Source: Octopus sinensis
Lineage: Eukaryota
DNA: 64,000 nt
Direction: 5' to 3'
Assembly (NCBI RefSeq): GCF_006345805.1
Contig: NC_043001.1
Coordinates: 1,550,001 to 1,614,000 of the forward strand
Of this stretch, positions 39,801 to 52,964 are shown one piece after another. Numbering within the stretch: position 1 is the first letter of the stretch; the number at the start of each line of letters is the position of its first letter. The notes under the pieces are model-generated. The model saw only the letters and a list, made by a program, of their open reading frames with translations, was not told where the DNA came from and ran no database searches. The translations under genes were made by a program, and so were the position numbers.

Positions 39801-40918
39801 GGCCCTAAATGGTCGACGGAGCTGTAGCAGTGCCATCGTGACCTCAGGTGTCTGGTTGGCATACAAACATAATAGAGTTGGTAAAGTGCCAGACTAAATA
39901 TGTCCTGCAGTATTTAGTTGCAGCACTTTAAGTCCTGAGTTCAAATCCCAACTGGTTTCACTTTTCTTTGCACCATCCTTGATTCATTGAAAGAAAATAA
40001 CATGTAAGGCCAAGGGATAGATATAACCAACATTATTAACCACAGCCACTATGGATTTAGAAACTATTTTTAATATTGTTGTTTTTGTCATTATTATTAT
40101 TATTATTGAGCTGGCAGAACCATTAGCATGCTGGGTGGAATGCTTAGCAGCAGTTTGTCCATATTTATGTTCTGAGTTCAAATTCCTCTGAGGTCAACTT
40201 TGCCATTCATTCTTTCGGAGTCAATAAAATAAGTACCAGTTGCACATTAGGGTCAACGTAATCGACTTACACCCGCCCACAAAATTTCAGGCCTTGTGCT
40301 TATAACAGAAAGGATGATGATTATGATGATACTACTACTACAACTACTACTAATTAATATTATTATTGCTAAGAGTTGTTAAGTGGCTGCTTCATTAGAG
40401 TTTTCAGTAAAATGCCTTGTGGTATGCCCTTACACTCTGAGTTCAAACCACACCAAGGTCAAACTTGCCTTTCACAGTTTTGGGGTCAATTAAATCAAGA
40501 ACCAGTAAGATATAAGAATTCATGAAATAGATTTCCCCGACCCTTAAAATTTTAGATCTTTGCCTATATTTGAAGCAGTTATTATTCATAATTGTGGGAA
40601 TTACCAATGACTCAAAGTGCTCAGTATTTTGTGCTCAAATCTCATCTATGTTGGCTTAGACTTCCAGTTATCTGGGACCAATAAAGTAAAGTACCAGCCA
40701 AGTCCTGCAGTGGATTTCAGACGGAATTCCACCGCAATAGATTGTGGTTATTTGTCAATATAGCGAATGCTTGATGGTGTATATAAGTAAATAAAAGTGC
40801 TTCGATATAAAAATGAAGATGTATATATATATAAATATATATATACACATGCATACACACACACACATATATATATATACACATATACAGACACATATAT
40901 ACATATTTACATATATGT

Positions 40919-40956
<38 letters not shown>

Positions 40957-41291
40957 GTATATACAAACACACAAACATACACATATATACACATACACAT
41001 ACATATATATACATATATAAATATACATTATATATACACATACATACACATATATAAATATACACACACATATATACATGCATATATAAATATACATTAT
41101 ATATACACATACACATATATATATATATATATAAATAAATATATATACATGCATATATAAATATACATTATATATACACATACATATATATATAAATATA
41201 TATTATATATATATATATACATACATACACACACAATATAGATGCATATATATAATGCTTATATGTATATATAATATATTTATAAGTATGC

Positions 41292-41329
<38 letters not shown>

Positions 41330-41763
41330 TTGTCAGCATGCATAAACATATACACACATTTCTATTCTACATTTTCATTGGTTTCACAAAAACGAACACA
41401 CACGCACACACACACACAGAGGCAGACACACTCACACAAAGACACACGTGTGCACACGTACATACATCCATATTCTTCCTCTTCTACCGGCATGATGAGA
41501 GTGTGTGCTTGTGCATAACTGTGTGTGTATTTACAGTTGCAAATTACATGAAAAAAAAGGGGTTATAAGTGGAAATAAAACAAACAAAGGACCCGAATGT
41601 TGAAGGAAGCATTTGTTAATTAATCTCTACAAATTATTGATTTTTAGTTTGTCGTGAAAAAAGAGAAGTGTGTGTGTGTATATAGACATACATGCACACA
41701 CACACACATATATAATGTATATTCACAAATATATGATGTGTGTGTGTGTGTGTGTGTATATAC

Positions 41764-41800
<37 letters not shown>

Positions 41801-42000
41801 TGCATGTATGTATGAGTAGGAAGTATAAAGAGACATTTCTTTATACCTCTTGTAACAGAGAAAGAGAGGGAGGGAGGGAGAAAGAGAGCTAGAGGGAGAG
41901 AGAGAGAGATAGTATGTGTGTGTGTGTGTGTGTGTACGAGGGAGAAAAATGAAAGTCAGAAAGAAAGATACAAGAATGTAAAAATGTAAAAGAGATAGTT

Positions 42001-42043
<43 letters not shown>

Positions 42044-42651
42044 GAAAAAGAAAGATAAGAAGATAATTGGAGAGATAACAATAATAGTTATAATGGTGCC
42101 GGTGATGATGAGGAGAAGGAGGAGGAGAAGGAACTATAAGAAAGGTGAAAGATGACAACAAAAGCAAAAGAAGAAAATATCTAAAAAAAAGGACAAAAAA
42201 GGGAAAAGGGAAGAAAAGAAAACCAAAAAGAAGGTTCTTCTGCTGATTATGATGCTGATGATGATGAAAAATGAGTGAAGCAGGGGAAAAGGAAAGTTGA
42301 GGAAGTGCAGAAGAAGAAAAGAAGAAAAACTTGAGTGAGGCGAGAGAGGAAGGAAAAAATATATTTGGAATAATCCGTGTCTGCCTTTCTGTCAGTCTAT
42401 CTATCAACTACCTGTCTACCTCACTATCAACTACCTGTCTACCTCACTATCAACTACCTGTCTACCTTATGTATCGGTCTACCTGTATGAGTCCATCCAT
42501 CCCTCCATTTCTCTCTTTCTATTTATCTACATCTGTAGCTATCAATCTTTATACACATATATATATATAATTATGCACATAGATGAGTGTGTGCATGTAT
42601 GTATATACGGATAGATACAGACTTATGTATGTATGTATGTATGTATGTATG

Positions 42652-42705
<54 letters not shown>

Positions 42706-43145
42706 CACACACACACAATTCAGATTGATTATGAAATCATTGAGGATTCCACACTGTATTGACTTTCCTTATATTAGCACAAGGCTGCAACCGTCTATAT
42801 ATTTGGGGGATTTCATGCAAGAAATAGAAAATCTGAGTGTTTGTGTGTGTGTGGGGGGGGCGGTAACAACTGATAAAATTAACTCCTCGGTATTCGACCA
42901 ATATTTATTATATTTGCCAACCATTTCCCAAAATAGCAGAAACAATGCAATATAAACACATCCGCCAAAAGAGAAAAAGGATAAATTCAAACTCCAGGCA
43001 GGATTTGATCTCAGAACATGAAGTGACGTAACCAAATTCGCTGCAGGGCATTTAGTCAGACACCTTCTATCACTCTGCCAATTTGTCTGATTCTTCATTG
43101 AATTCTATGATATTCTTCAGTAGTGTCTCTCTCTCTCTCTCTCTC

Positions 43146-43246
43146 TNNNNNNNNNNNNNNNNNNNNNNNNNNNNNNNNNNNNNNNNNNNNNNNNNNNNNN
43201 NNNNNNNNNNNNNNNNNNNNNNNNNNNNNNNNNNNNNNNNNNNNNN
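43146..43246. other. Assembly gap (run of about 100 N)
   Basis: Ns in sequence, flanked on the left by (CT)n. Confidence 0.99.
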
Positions 43247-43586
43247 CCAAAAGACATGCATCCTTGTTTCCTTCTAAAATATGTTAATTTAATATTATGG
43301 TGTAAATAGACTATATATAAAGGATGTATCTATATGCACATCCTCACACATGCATATGCTCACATACTCACATACCACATTCACACACATGTATATATGA
43401 ATACATACATACATATAAAGTTAATCCAAACAAGAAAGCACAAAAAAACACAACAACGCGAGGACGTGGAACAAATATAGTATTATTGGACGCTCATACA
43501 CACACACACACATGCATGCACACACACACACATATATTTATATATGTATACATATATATATATTATTCTTTAAAAAGAATAATATT

Positions 43587-43633
43587 GACAGAGACTTCGA
43601 AGTTTTGACCGGCTAAGCCATCATTAAACTGTC
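43587..43633 (-). ncRNA. Decayed minimal hammerhead ribozyme relic
   Basis: Minus strand GACAGT-TTAATGA-TGGCTTAGCCGGTC-AAAAC-TTCGAA-GTC-TCTGTC; core positions mutated (CUGAUGA to UUAAUGA, GAAA to AAAA); palindromic helix III ACTTCGAAGT. Confidence 0.5.
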
Positions 43634-43739
43634 CAAGGATGGGTTTACCTGGCTAAGACTTCAAAGTCACTGTCAATACTATTTTTGTGAAAGGCTATAC
43701 TCTAAACAAGTATTGAGTAATCCTTCGGTTGAATGTAAA

Positions 43740-44395
43740 ATTGCTTTATCAAAACATAACACAAAAACTAAGACATACATACATACATATGTGCATGTGT
43801 GTATATAATATGTATACTAAATATATATACTATACATGAATGTTTATATTTTGTATATACATATATGTGTGTGTGTGTGTGTGTGTGTATATGTATGTAT
43901 GTATGTATTATTCATGTATATGAGAGATTTGAAGAAGCCACTACCATGAAATTTGAAGTCCCAATCAACACAAGATTATTAATATGAGTGTGTGTGCACA
44001 CGCGTGCTTGTGTGTATGCTTACATATACATATGTATGCATTTATATAATGGACATGTATATAGATATATCTATCCCTTTCTTTTTCTCTCTTCCGCTCT
44101 CTCACTCTTTATCCATCAATATATATATATATACATACACACAAATAATGTTCATATACATGTGTATATCTGTCATTTATGTATGTGTATATATATATAT
44201 ATATATATACATACATATATACTTACATATAACATATATACATATACATATACATACATACATATATACATATAAATACATATATACATACATATATATA
44301 TACATATATATATATATACATATATACATATATATATATGCATATACATACATACATATATACATATATATATACATACATATATATATACATAC

Positions 44396-44461
<66 letters not shown>

Positions 44462-44484
44462 ACATACATACATATATACATACA

Positions 44485-44525
<41 letters not shown>

Positions 44526-45050
44526 ACATACATATATATACATATATATATACATATATATACATACATATATATATATACATATATATACATGCATATA
44601 TATATATATATATATATACATATATATACATACACACATATACATACACACACACATATATATATATATATACACACACACACATATATATATATACACA
44701 CACACACATATATATACATACACACATATATATATATACATACACACATATATACATACACACATATATATATATACATACACACACATATATATATACA
44801 TACACATATATACATACATACACACATATACATACACACACATATATATATACAACAGACATTTATGCAAATATAAATATGTATGTTCATATACGTACAT
44901 ATATATGTGTGTGTGTATGATATATATATATATATATATATGTGTATGTGTGTGTGTGTGTGTGTATACTCACAGACATGCATACATACATAGAGATAGA
45001 CACATTCACACATACACATATACTGAAAGACTTGTGTGTACACACTTCAC
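43740..45050. repeat. Large degenerate (TA)/(CATA)/(CA) microsatellite field; similar fields 40810-41330, 48230-48720, 49390-50205, 51356-52390, 54545-54960, 55425-56030
   Basis: Direct reading; source of the I/Y/H/T and C/V/Y/M pseudo-ORFs. Confidence 0.97.
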
Positions 45051-45567
45051 AAAAAAGAAAGTCATGTAATAATAGAGACCCTTTATAAGTCCCCAACTTT
45101 AATTCCTCCCACCCCTTCACCTTCCCAATGGAAATCTCTCTCAATAAAAGGGAATCAAAAACAAGAAAGGAAAAAACATATATAGACAAGCAAAACGCAG
45201 AAATTCTTACCTTTCTTAAAATGTTGTAGAAAGTTTTCAAAAGCAAGTCTGTAGAAGTCTCAAATGTAATGAATATTTTTTTAGCCTTTTTGGTAATTTT
45301 TCACTTTTCCTTTTTTTCTGTTTTTTTTTTTTAAATAAATACTTTTTTTTTTATGTCTACTCCAGGATGATGTGGGTTTTCAGTTTACAACATTTCATGA
45401 TTTATAAAAAGAAAACGAAGAGGAGAGGGTAGAGAACCATTGTTTAAAAAGACGATTTCACTGAACGGACATGAGAGCAAAATTAACACTGATAGGTGAT
45501 GAAAGCAACATTAGTTATGTTGTACAGGTTGAGGTGTATATGAAGAATCATACAAGTAAGTATGGCT

Positions 45568-45609
<42 letters not shown>

Positions 45610-45862
45610 AGAAAAGAGAGATGAGAGAGAGAGAGCGTGTGTGTGTGGAAGAGAGATTGGGAGAGAAAAACAGAGAGAGAGAAAGAGGATGAGGGGGAAA
45701 GAGATTGCAAGAGAAGGGGAGTGAGTGAGAGAGAGAGAGAGAGAGAAAAGTCTTTGGAAATGTGTTTAGTTTCTCTTTTAGTCCAGTTGGGGAATGATAA
45801 GAAGTCTACAAGAAGATATTAGAGATGCTATCAAGAGTTATTAAGATTATAATTTTACAAAA

Positions 45863-45911
<49 letters not shown>

Positions 45912-46863
45912 TATAATAATAATAAATGAAGCAATTATAATAATAATCGATTTTGATTGTTTTTTTTGTTTTGTTTTTTCAGTTTTCCTTAAATTTCATG
46001 GGATGAAGTTGGATTGATAAGAAAGAAATTAATAAAGGAGAAATTCCTTTTTGTAATAAAATATGTTTGACTTTTTGAACTGCACTGGATTGTTTAAAAT
46101 TTTGTTTTTAATGAAAAATATAAATTTAAAATAAATTAGATTTAACCAGCAAAAAACGAGTTTTCATTTAATATTTTCAAAATAATTACTATATACAATT
46201 GATTGATTTTTGTTTTTCAATTGTTTTTGGTGGGGAAAAGTGGGTTTGGATAATTTTTGAGTTAAATAAGAAATATATAAAAAATAAACCTTAAAAAAAG
46301 AACAGTTTGTACAAGTGGAAAAGAAATGGGAAAAAATAATTCTAACTAGAGATGATAATAGAAAGAAAAGTGTAGAAAGTTGTTGGAAATAACAACAGAA
46401 GTAAAGAAAGAAAAGAAAATACCACCACCAGCAGCGTCACCTATGATAACAACAGCAACAACAAGGACATCAAGCTACCATCACAATAATAACAATAATG
46501 ATAATAATAATAATAATAACAATATAAGTGTGCTCCTTGCTACTGTTAGTTTGGTGTATCCAGTAAAAAAGTCTGGGAAAAGAGAGAGAAGAGCAACAGT
46601 ATCAAGAGAAGCTAACAGTTAAGACTGAAAGTGAAAGTAGACGAGAAGGAGGGAGGAAGAGAGGGAGGAGGCGAGAAAGAGAGAGGTAGGGAGGAGGAGG
46701 AGAAGGTGTGTATGTTTGGAAGCTAAACGTGGTCGTAGCTACGGATGCCAATATTTCATACAGTTGCTTGATACTAGAAAGTATAAATCTCCGAGACCAA
46801 AACAATAACATGAATGAGATGGGAAGGGGAGGAGGGAGCAGGGTCAGTTATATACACACATAC

Positions 46864-46913
<50 letters not shown>

Positions 46914-47742
46914 TGATAAGTGCAATGCAGAAAACTCTTGATCTTCAAGTCTCTTACATAGCTTTACAGGTAAATAAGCTTATACATACATACATACATA
47001 CATACATACATAACATATATACATACATATATATATATATGTATGTATGTATGTGTATATATATATATATATGTGTGTTGTGTGTGTGTGTATGTAACTG
47101 TTGATAGTTAAAAAATAGAATTTTGTAACACCACCACCCTTGCCACCACCAACAACAACATTAACAACAACACCAAAATTGTGACAAATTTTTAAGAAAG
47201 TAATTAAACTGTAAATAAATATATTGAAATGAATCAAAAGAAGTGGAATGCTGATTTGTTAATTGAATGATTGTGAATGTAATCCAAAATATGATGACTA
47301 GCTCGTTAACCTCCGTTAGTTTGTAATATGCAATAATATAAAGTCTGTTTGGGTCTGGTCTTTCTCTTTGCAGCTTTCTATGGCTGTTGCGACTGATCAG
47401 CCTGCATGTGCAGACTCTGCTAGCTTAGTTCTGAAACACGCTGATGCACACACACACACACACACGTGAATGCACACCTTTATATATACACATACATTTA
47501 TATACATACACATGTAAACTCTCTCTCACTCTCTTTTTCTTTCTGTTTGTATTTCTTCTACTCTCCCTCTCTCCTTCTTTTCCTCTCTCGCAACGCATGC
47601 AGCTAGCCAGTCAGTGTAGCAGGCAGTGTAGTGTTGATGTCTAAAGAAGGATTGTCGTCGTCGACAACAGTCTCACAGTCTTTCTCTCTACCTTAGTTCA
47701 CATTGTACACCTGCTTCAGTCAAAGTGGCTAAATACACTTAA

Positions 47743-47782
<40 letters not shown>

Positions 47783-48017
47783 TGGACGGACAGACAGACA
47801 CACAGAATGCTGATCACTGGGAAAATGATGAGAAGATGGGAAGCATTTCACATGGACTTTGATTATTCTTTAAATTTATCTCTCTCAAAATTACCAATTA
47901 AAAATGCAGGCAGAAAATTTACACATTGCTCTCTTTAAAATACCATCTTCATCATCATCATCATTGCGAAAGGAAAAAAAAAAAATGTAAACAGAAGAGA
48001 AATATTGCATACACACA

Positions 48018-48058
<41 letters not shown>

Positions 48059-48554
48059 GCATGTAAGATGGTATGTGTTGAGGCTTATGAAACAGGTATT
48101 TATTTAAGGTAGTACGAACTCTAGGTGATCTTTCTACTTTCTAACAGCTGTTTTTATAGACAATGAGATTGTTTAGTCTCATCCATTTTGGCTGGGAATA
48201 ATATTATCCATTCATTCATTAATCTACACCTCTGTATATAGGTATGAATATATGTGTGTGTGTATGTATATATTTATAAATATATATATATATATATATA
48301 TATGTGTACAAATATATATACGGATATATATATATATATATATATATATGTATACACACGTGTACATACATATAAATGCACATAAGCACAAATACATATA
48401 CTGTTAAGTAATTATATCTATGTGAGTTTTTTACGTGCATGTATGTATGTATGTATGTATGTCAGTGTACGTTGTATCTGTTTATATATATGTGTGTGTG
48501 TATATATCTATATCTATTTACCCATCTCTCTCTCAGTATGTATGTATATATATG

Positions 48555-48637
<83 letters not shown>

Positions 48638-48656
48638 ATATAGTATTTATATAATA

Positions 48657-48697
<41 letters not shown>

Positions 48698-49615
48698 TAT
48701 ATATTTAAAAAAATACATAATTTAGTTCACGCCTGAAATATGCAGAGCTTTCTATATTTTCAGAATGCATGCTTTATTCTTTTCTCTTTTTTTTTATTTA
48801 TTTCAAGTAATATAAATGTATTCACACACACAAGCACTCACTGCAAACATGCTCACACGCATACACATTCACATTCCCTCTTGTACACACACATGCAAAC
48901 ATGTTGTATGTATCACGGAGAAATGCACACACATTTCTTATATCTTTGCATACTCACATGTAAATAGAAATAAGATTGTATGTGCACACACAAACACACA
49001 CACACACAAACTTACACTCGTGAACAACCATAAAGTATATATACACTGAAACATTTATTTATGTAATGTTCATATTTACATATTTGCTCACACACTCTCT
49101 CTCTCCCACATACACACACACACTCATGCATGCACGCACAAACACAGAGCAATGTTGGTTTTTGTCCGAGCTATGATAAAACAATTTTACGTTAAACTGA
49201 GAGATTACTCAATACCTTTTCTAGAGTACATATTTATTATATATTTATAAGAATAGTGGTGACTACACACACATCTCAACATCAAACAGTATATATAATC
49301 ATATATGCATACATACAGGGCACAGGAAAAATTTGCAAAACATTCCACAGATTATTTCTATAAGCAAACAAATACATATTCACATTTCTATCTATCTATC
49401 CTTCTATATATATATATAGATATATAAACATAAATATTTATACACATATATATGCACATATAAATATATATATACATATACACATATGAATATATATATA
49501 CATATACATATATATACATACATATATATATATACACCATACTTACATACGTATATATATATAATATATATATATATATACACATACATACATATGTATA
49601 TATACATACATTATA

Positions 49616-49650
<35 letters not shown>

Positions 49651-50065
49651 TACATACATACGTATATATATATTACATACATATATATATATATATATTA
49701 CATACATACATATATATATATATACATCCATATATAATATAATATATATACACATACATACATATGTATATATATACATACATACTTCACATACATAGTA
49801 TATATATACATATATATACATATGTATAGATATATACATATAATACATAGTATATATACATACGTATATATATATACATACGAATATATATATACATACG
49901 TAATATATATATACATATATATATATATATACATACATATATATATATATATATACATACATAATATAATATATCACATATTATATAATATATATTATAT
50001 ACGCATATCTATATATATACATACGTATATCTGTATATATATATATATATATAGATACGTATATC

Positions 50066-50105
<40 letters not shown>

Positions 50106-50209
50106 TATGTATATCTATATATATATATATAGATACGTATATCTCTCTCTCTCTATATATATATATATAGATACGTACATCTATATATATATATATTATA
50201 TATACATCT

Positions 50210-50660
50210 ACTCCCTGGAGAGAAGACGGGAGAGGTATGCAGTAATATATGTCTGGAAGGTCCTGGAAGAAATTGTGCCAAATTTTGGCATTGTAAGCTA
50301 CATCAATGCTAGAACAGGACGACACTGTATAGTGCCAAAAATCCCAGCAATGCCATCACGCTTCAGGACCAGCTTCTGCAACAGCCTGGGTTTCAAGGGC
50401 CCACAGCTTTCTAATATTCTCCCAAAGAGTCTGAGGAACTTGCACAAAGTAGATGTAGCGGTTTTTAAATCAAAGCTGGACATCTTCCTGTCAAGAGTCC
50501 CAAATGAACCTACCTCATGAGAAGAGGTGCAAATGAGAGTAGCAATATCAAACTCCATTCTTCACCAAGTGCCACATATTAGACGAGGTTCTTCGTAATA
50601 ACAGTGTAGCACAAAATGGTGGTGCATCAGCACGGCCGCAGCTCTGAGCTTAAACAAGAA
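50210..50660 (+). mobile_element. CR1-like LINE 3' fragment
   Basis: YSLERRRERYAVIYVWKVLEEIVPNFGI...FKSKLDIFLSRVPNEP; 3'UTR ggtggtgcatcagcacggccgcagc. Confidence 0.9.
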
Positions 50661-50821
50661 AAAAAAAAGTATACATACATATATATACATACATATATAC
50701 ATACGAACATATATACATATACATACATATATAGACATATACATACATATATATATATACATACATATATGTACATATATATACATACATATATGTACAT
50801 ATATGTATATAAATACATATA

Positions 50822-51535
50822 TGTACGTCCATCGATGGAGTAGTTTCTCCATGGCGCAAGCCTGGGCGGTAGAAACGAAGACACTGGGCTGCCCAGACAC
50901 CAGAATCTTCCTCTCGGCCCCACCACACATAATCCAAAGGAATGCAGTGCAGTACGTTTGGAGTCTGGTTGGCTGCAGGAGTTGCCGGAAAGGGGTCGAG
51001 ATTCAACACCCTACCGCCTTCGGGGCTCCACTCCGGATTTTCTGTCTGGGTTTACTCCCATAGCCTTTCCCTCTCCCAAGAGCATTCACAAGGCAGCGGA
51101 GCGAGGGTTTGGAGTGAGAGTTTTCCTTCTCCTAGACTGGCTGCCAACCAAGGCTAATGAGCCCAGTCTGCCCACCTGGTTATACCGCCAAGCACCCAGT
51201 CGCGCCACACAGCAGGCTCAGTGAGAACAGGGGGTACCGCGTGAAGGTGCTGCTGTGGACACAGTAGTGCAGGAGAGGCCATAAGCAAGAACTTTCCACA
51301 AGGCGCAGCCAGGTAGAAGTTCTGCAGCGATCATTACACCTGGAGAGGAGAAGCTATGAGTGACGCAATCAAAAACATACATATACATACATATATATAC
51401 TTACATATATATACATATATATACTTACATATATATACATATATATATATACTTACATATATATACATACATATATATACATATACTTACATATATATAC
51501 ATATACATACATATATATACATATGGTGGCTGCCC

Positions 51536-51584
<49 letters not shown>

Positions 51585-52135
51585 GTATACATGCATACAT
51601 ATATATGCATATATATACATACATATATAGTCATATATATATATATGCATATATATATACATACATATATGGTGACTTCCCCCTCATTATCGAGTATGGC
51701 CATTGCACGAAGCTTAATCACTGTTGTTATCGTGCAATGCCTGTGCAAGACGATTTTTTTTTAAAGTGAGGAAAGGCTGTTCACTGAATCAATCCCACTC
51801 ACTAAGCAACAGCAGCCATAATCCGAAAAGAAGAACAAGTCAACATCATCGGTAACCACTGAGCTGCAGGGTTTATGCCGGAGTTATCATGTCAGGTCAT
51901 TTATGAGTGCTACTGGTAACATGTAACCTAGTACAACCTGTTGCATGGTCGGGTCGTCGGAGACTAAACTGGCAACCCCACTAAGCTTGCTTGGTGAGGA
52001 GGGTGTTTATTGGACACCCTGTGGGATGAAAAACAAAACCCATCAAAGGGCAGAGGAACTCTTGAGAGTCAACGGCTATATCATGCGCGGGGACATAGAA
52101 ATAATCGGACTGAATACCCAATCATGCGGTTAAAC
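50822..52135 (+). mobile_element. RTE-like 5'UTR region without its ORF, split by a microsatellite and a minus-strand RTE 3' stub (51670-51760)
   Basis: GC-rich block with gggtttactccc...aaggcagcggag...ttttccttctcctagactggctgccaacc and actggcaacccc...gggatgaaaaacaaaaccc, recalled from RTE 5' regions. Confidence 0.6.
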
Positions 52136-52160
52136 ATACATATATATACATATATATATG

Positions 52161-52191
<31 letters not shown>

Positions 52192-52309
52192 GCATACATA
52201 CATACATATATATATACATATATATTTACATATATATGCATACATATATATACATACGTACATATATATATACATATAAATTCATGTATATACATACATA
52301 TAAACATAC

Positions 52310-52343
<34 letters not shown>

Positions 52344-52344
52344 C

Positions 52345-52375
<31 letters not shown>

Positions 52376-52393
52376 TACATATATATATATATA

Positions 52394-52819
52394 TCTATAT
52401 ATAAACAGCAGTTTGTCTATCTGTGTGTCTGTGTGTCTGTCAGGTTGTACCCTCACCCTGACCACAGCTTTCAACCGATTCTGATGAAACTTGACACACA
52501 CATAGCCCAATGTCATAATTCAAAACTAACGCAGCTAAAATTTTGAAAAGTTTCCCAGGTTCTGAAAAAAATCGATAAATTCGACATGGGGTCGAGAATC
52601 TAAGCTTTTTATATGCAACACATTTTCTGTCTAGGGGACACAACTCGACCTTTTTATCGCCCAAAGGGACAGCTAGGAACATCGTATACACAGAAGTATT
52701 CGAGTGAAGAGAAGACATTGCAACCTGCACATGCGCCTTCGTTCCCTAGAGGGAAAGGACTAGATTGGGATTAGTAGTTGCCTACTAGGGGCTCTTACAT
52801 ACCCGGGCTATGCTGCTAG
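52394..52819 (+). mobile_element. Non-autonomous Helitron
   Basis: 5' TC start (TCTATATATAAA) with GTCT-like repeats, internal AACCGATTCTGATGAAACTT, GC-rich subterminal tract, 3' CTAG, inserted between A and T. Confidence 0.8.
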
Positions 52820-52857
52820 TATATATATATATACATACAGATATATATATATATATA

Positions 52858-52898
<41 letters not shown>

Positions 52899-52964
52899 TA
52901 TATATATATATTATATATATATACATATATATATGTATATATATACATATATACACACACATAT

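Noticed and set aside
43988-45069. Long ORFs of 225-294 aa (also 40717-41181, 49388-50088, 54265-56087, 36372-36895)
   Set aside because: Translations of (TA)/(CA)/(GATA) microsatellites that lack stops by composition; only the non-repeat ends of 54265-54939 and 50107-50520 are real LINE coding sequence.
51105-51170. HDV-like ribozyme fold
   Set aside because: P1 (GGTTTGG/CTAGACT) and P3 (GAG/CTC) can be drawn, but P2 does not pair and L3 lacks the CC needed for P1.1.
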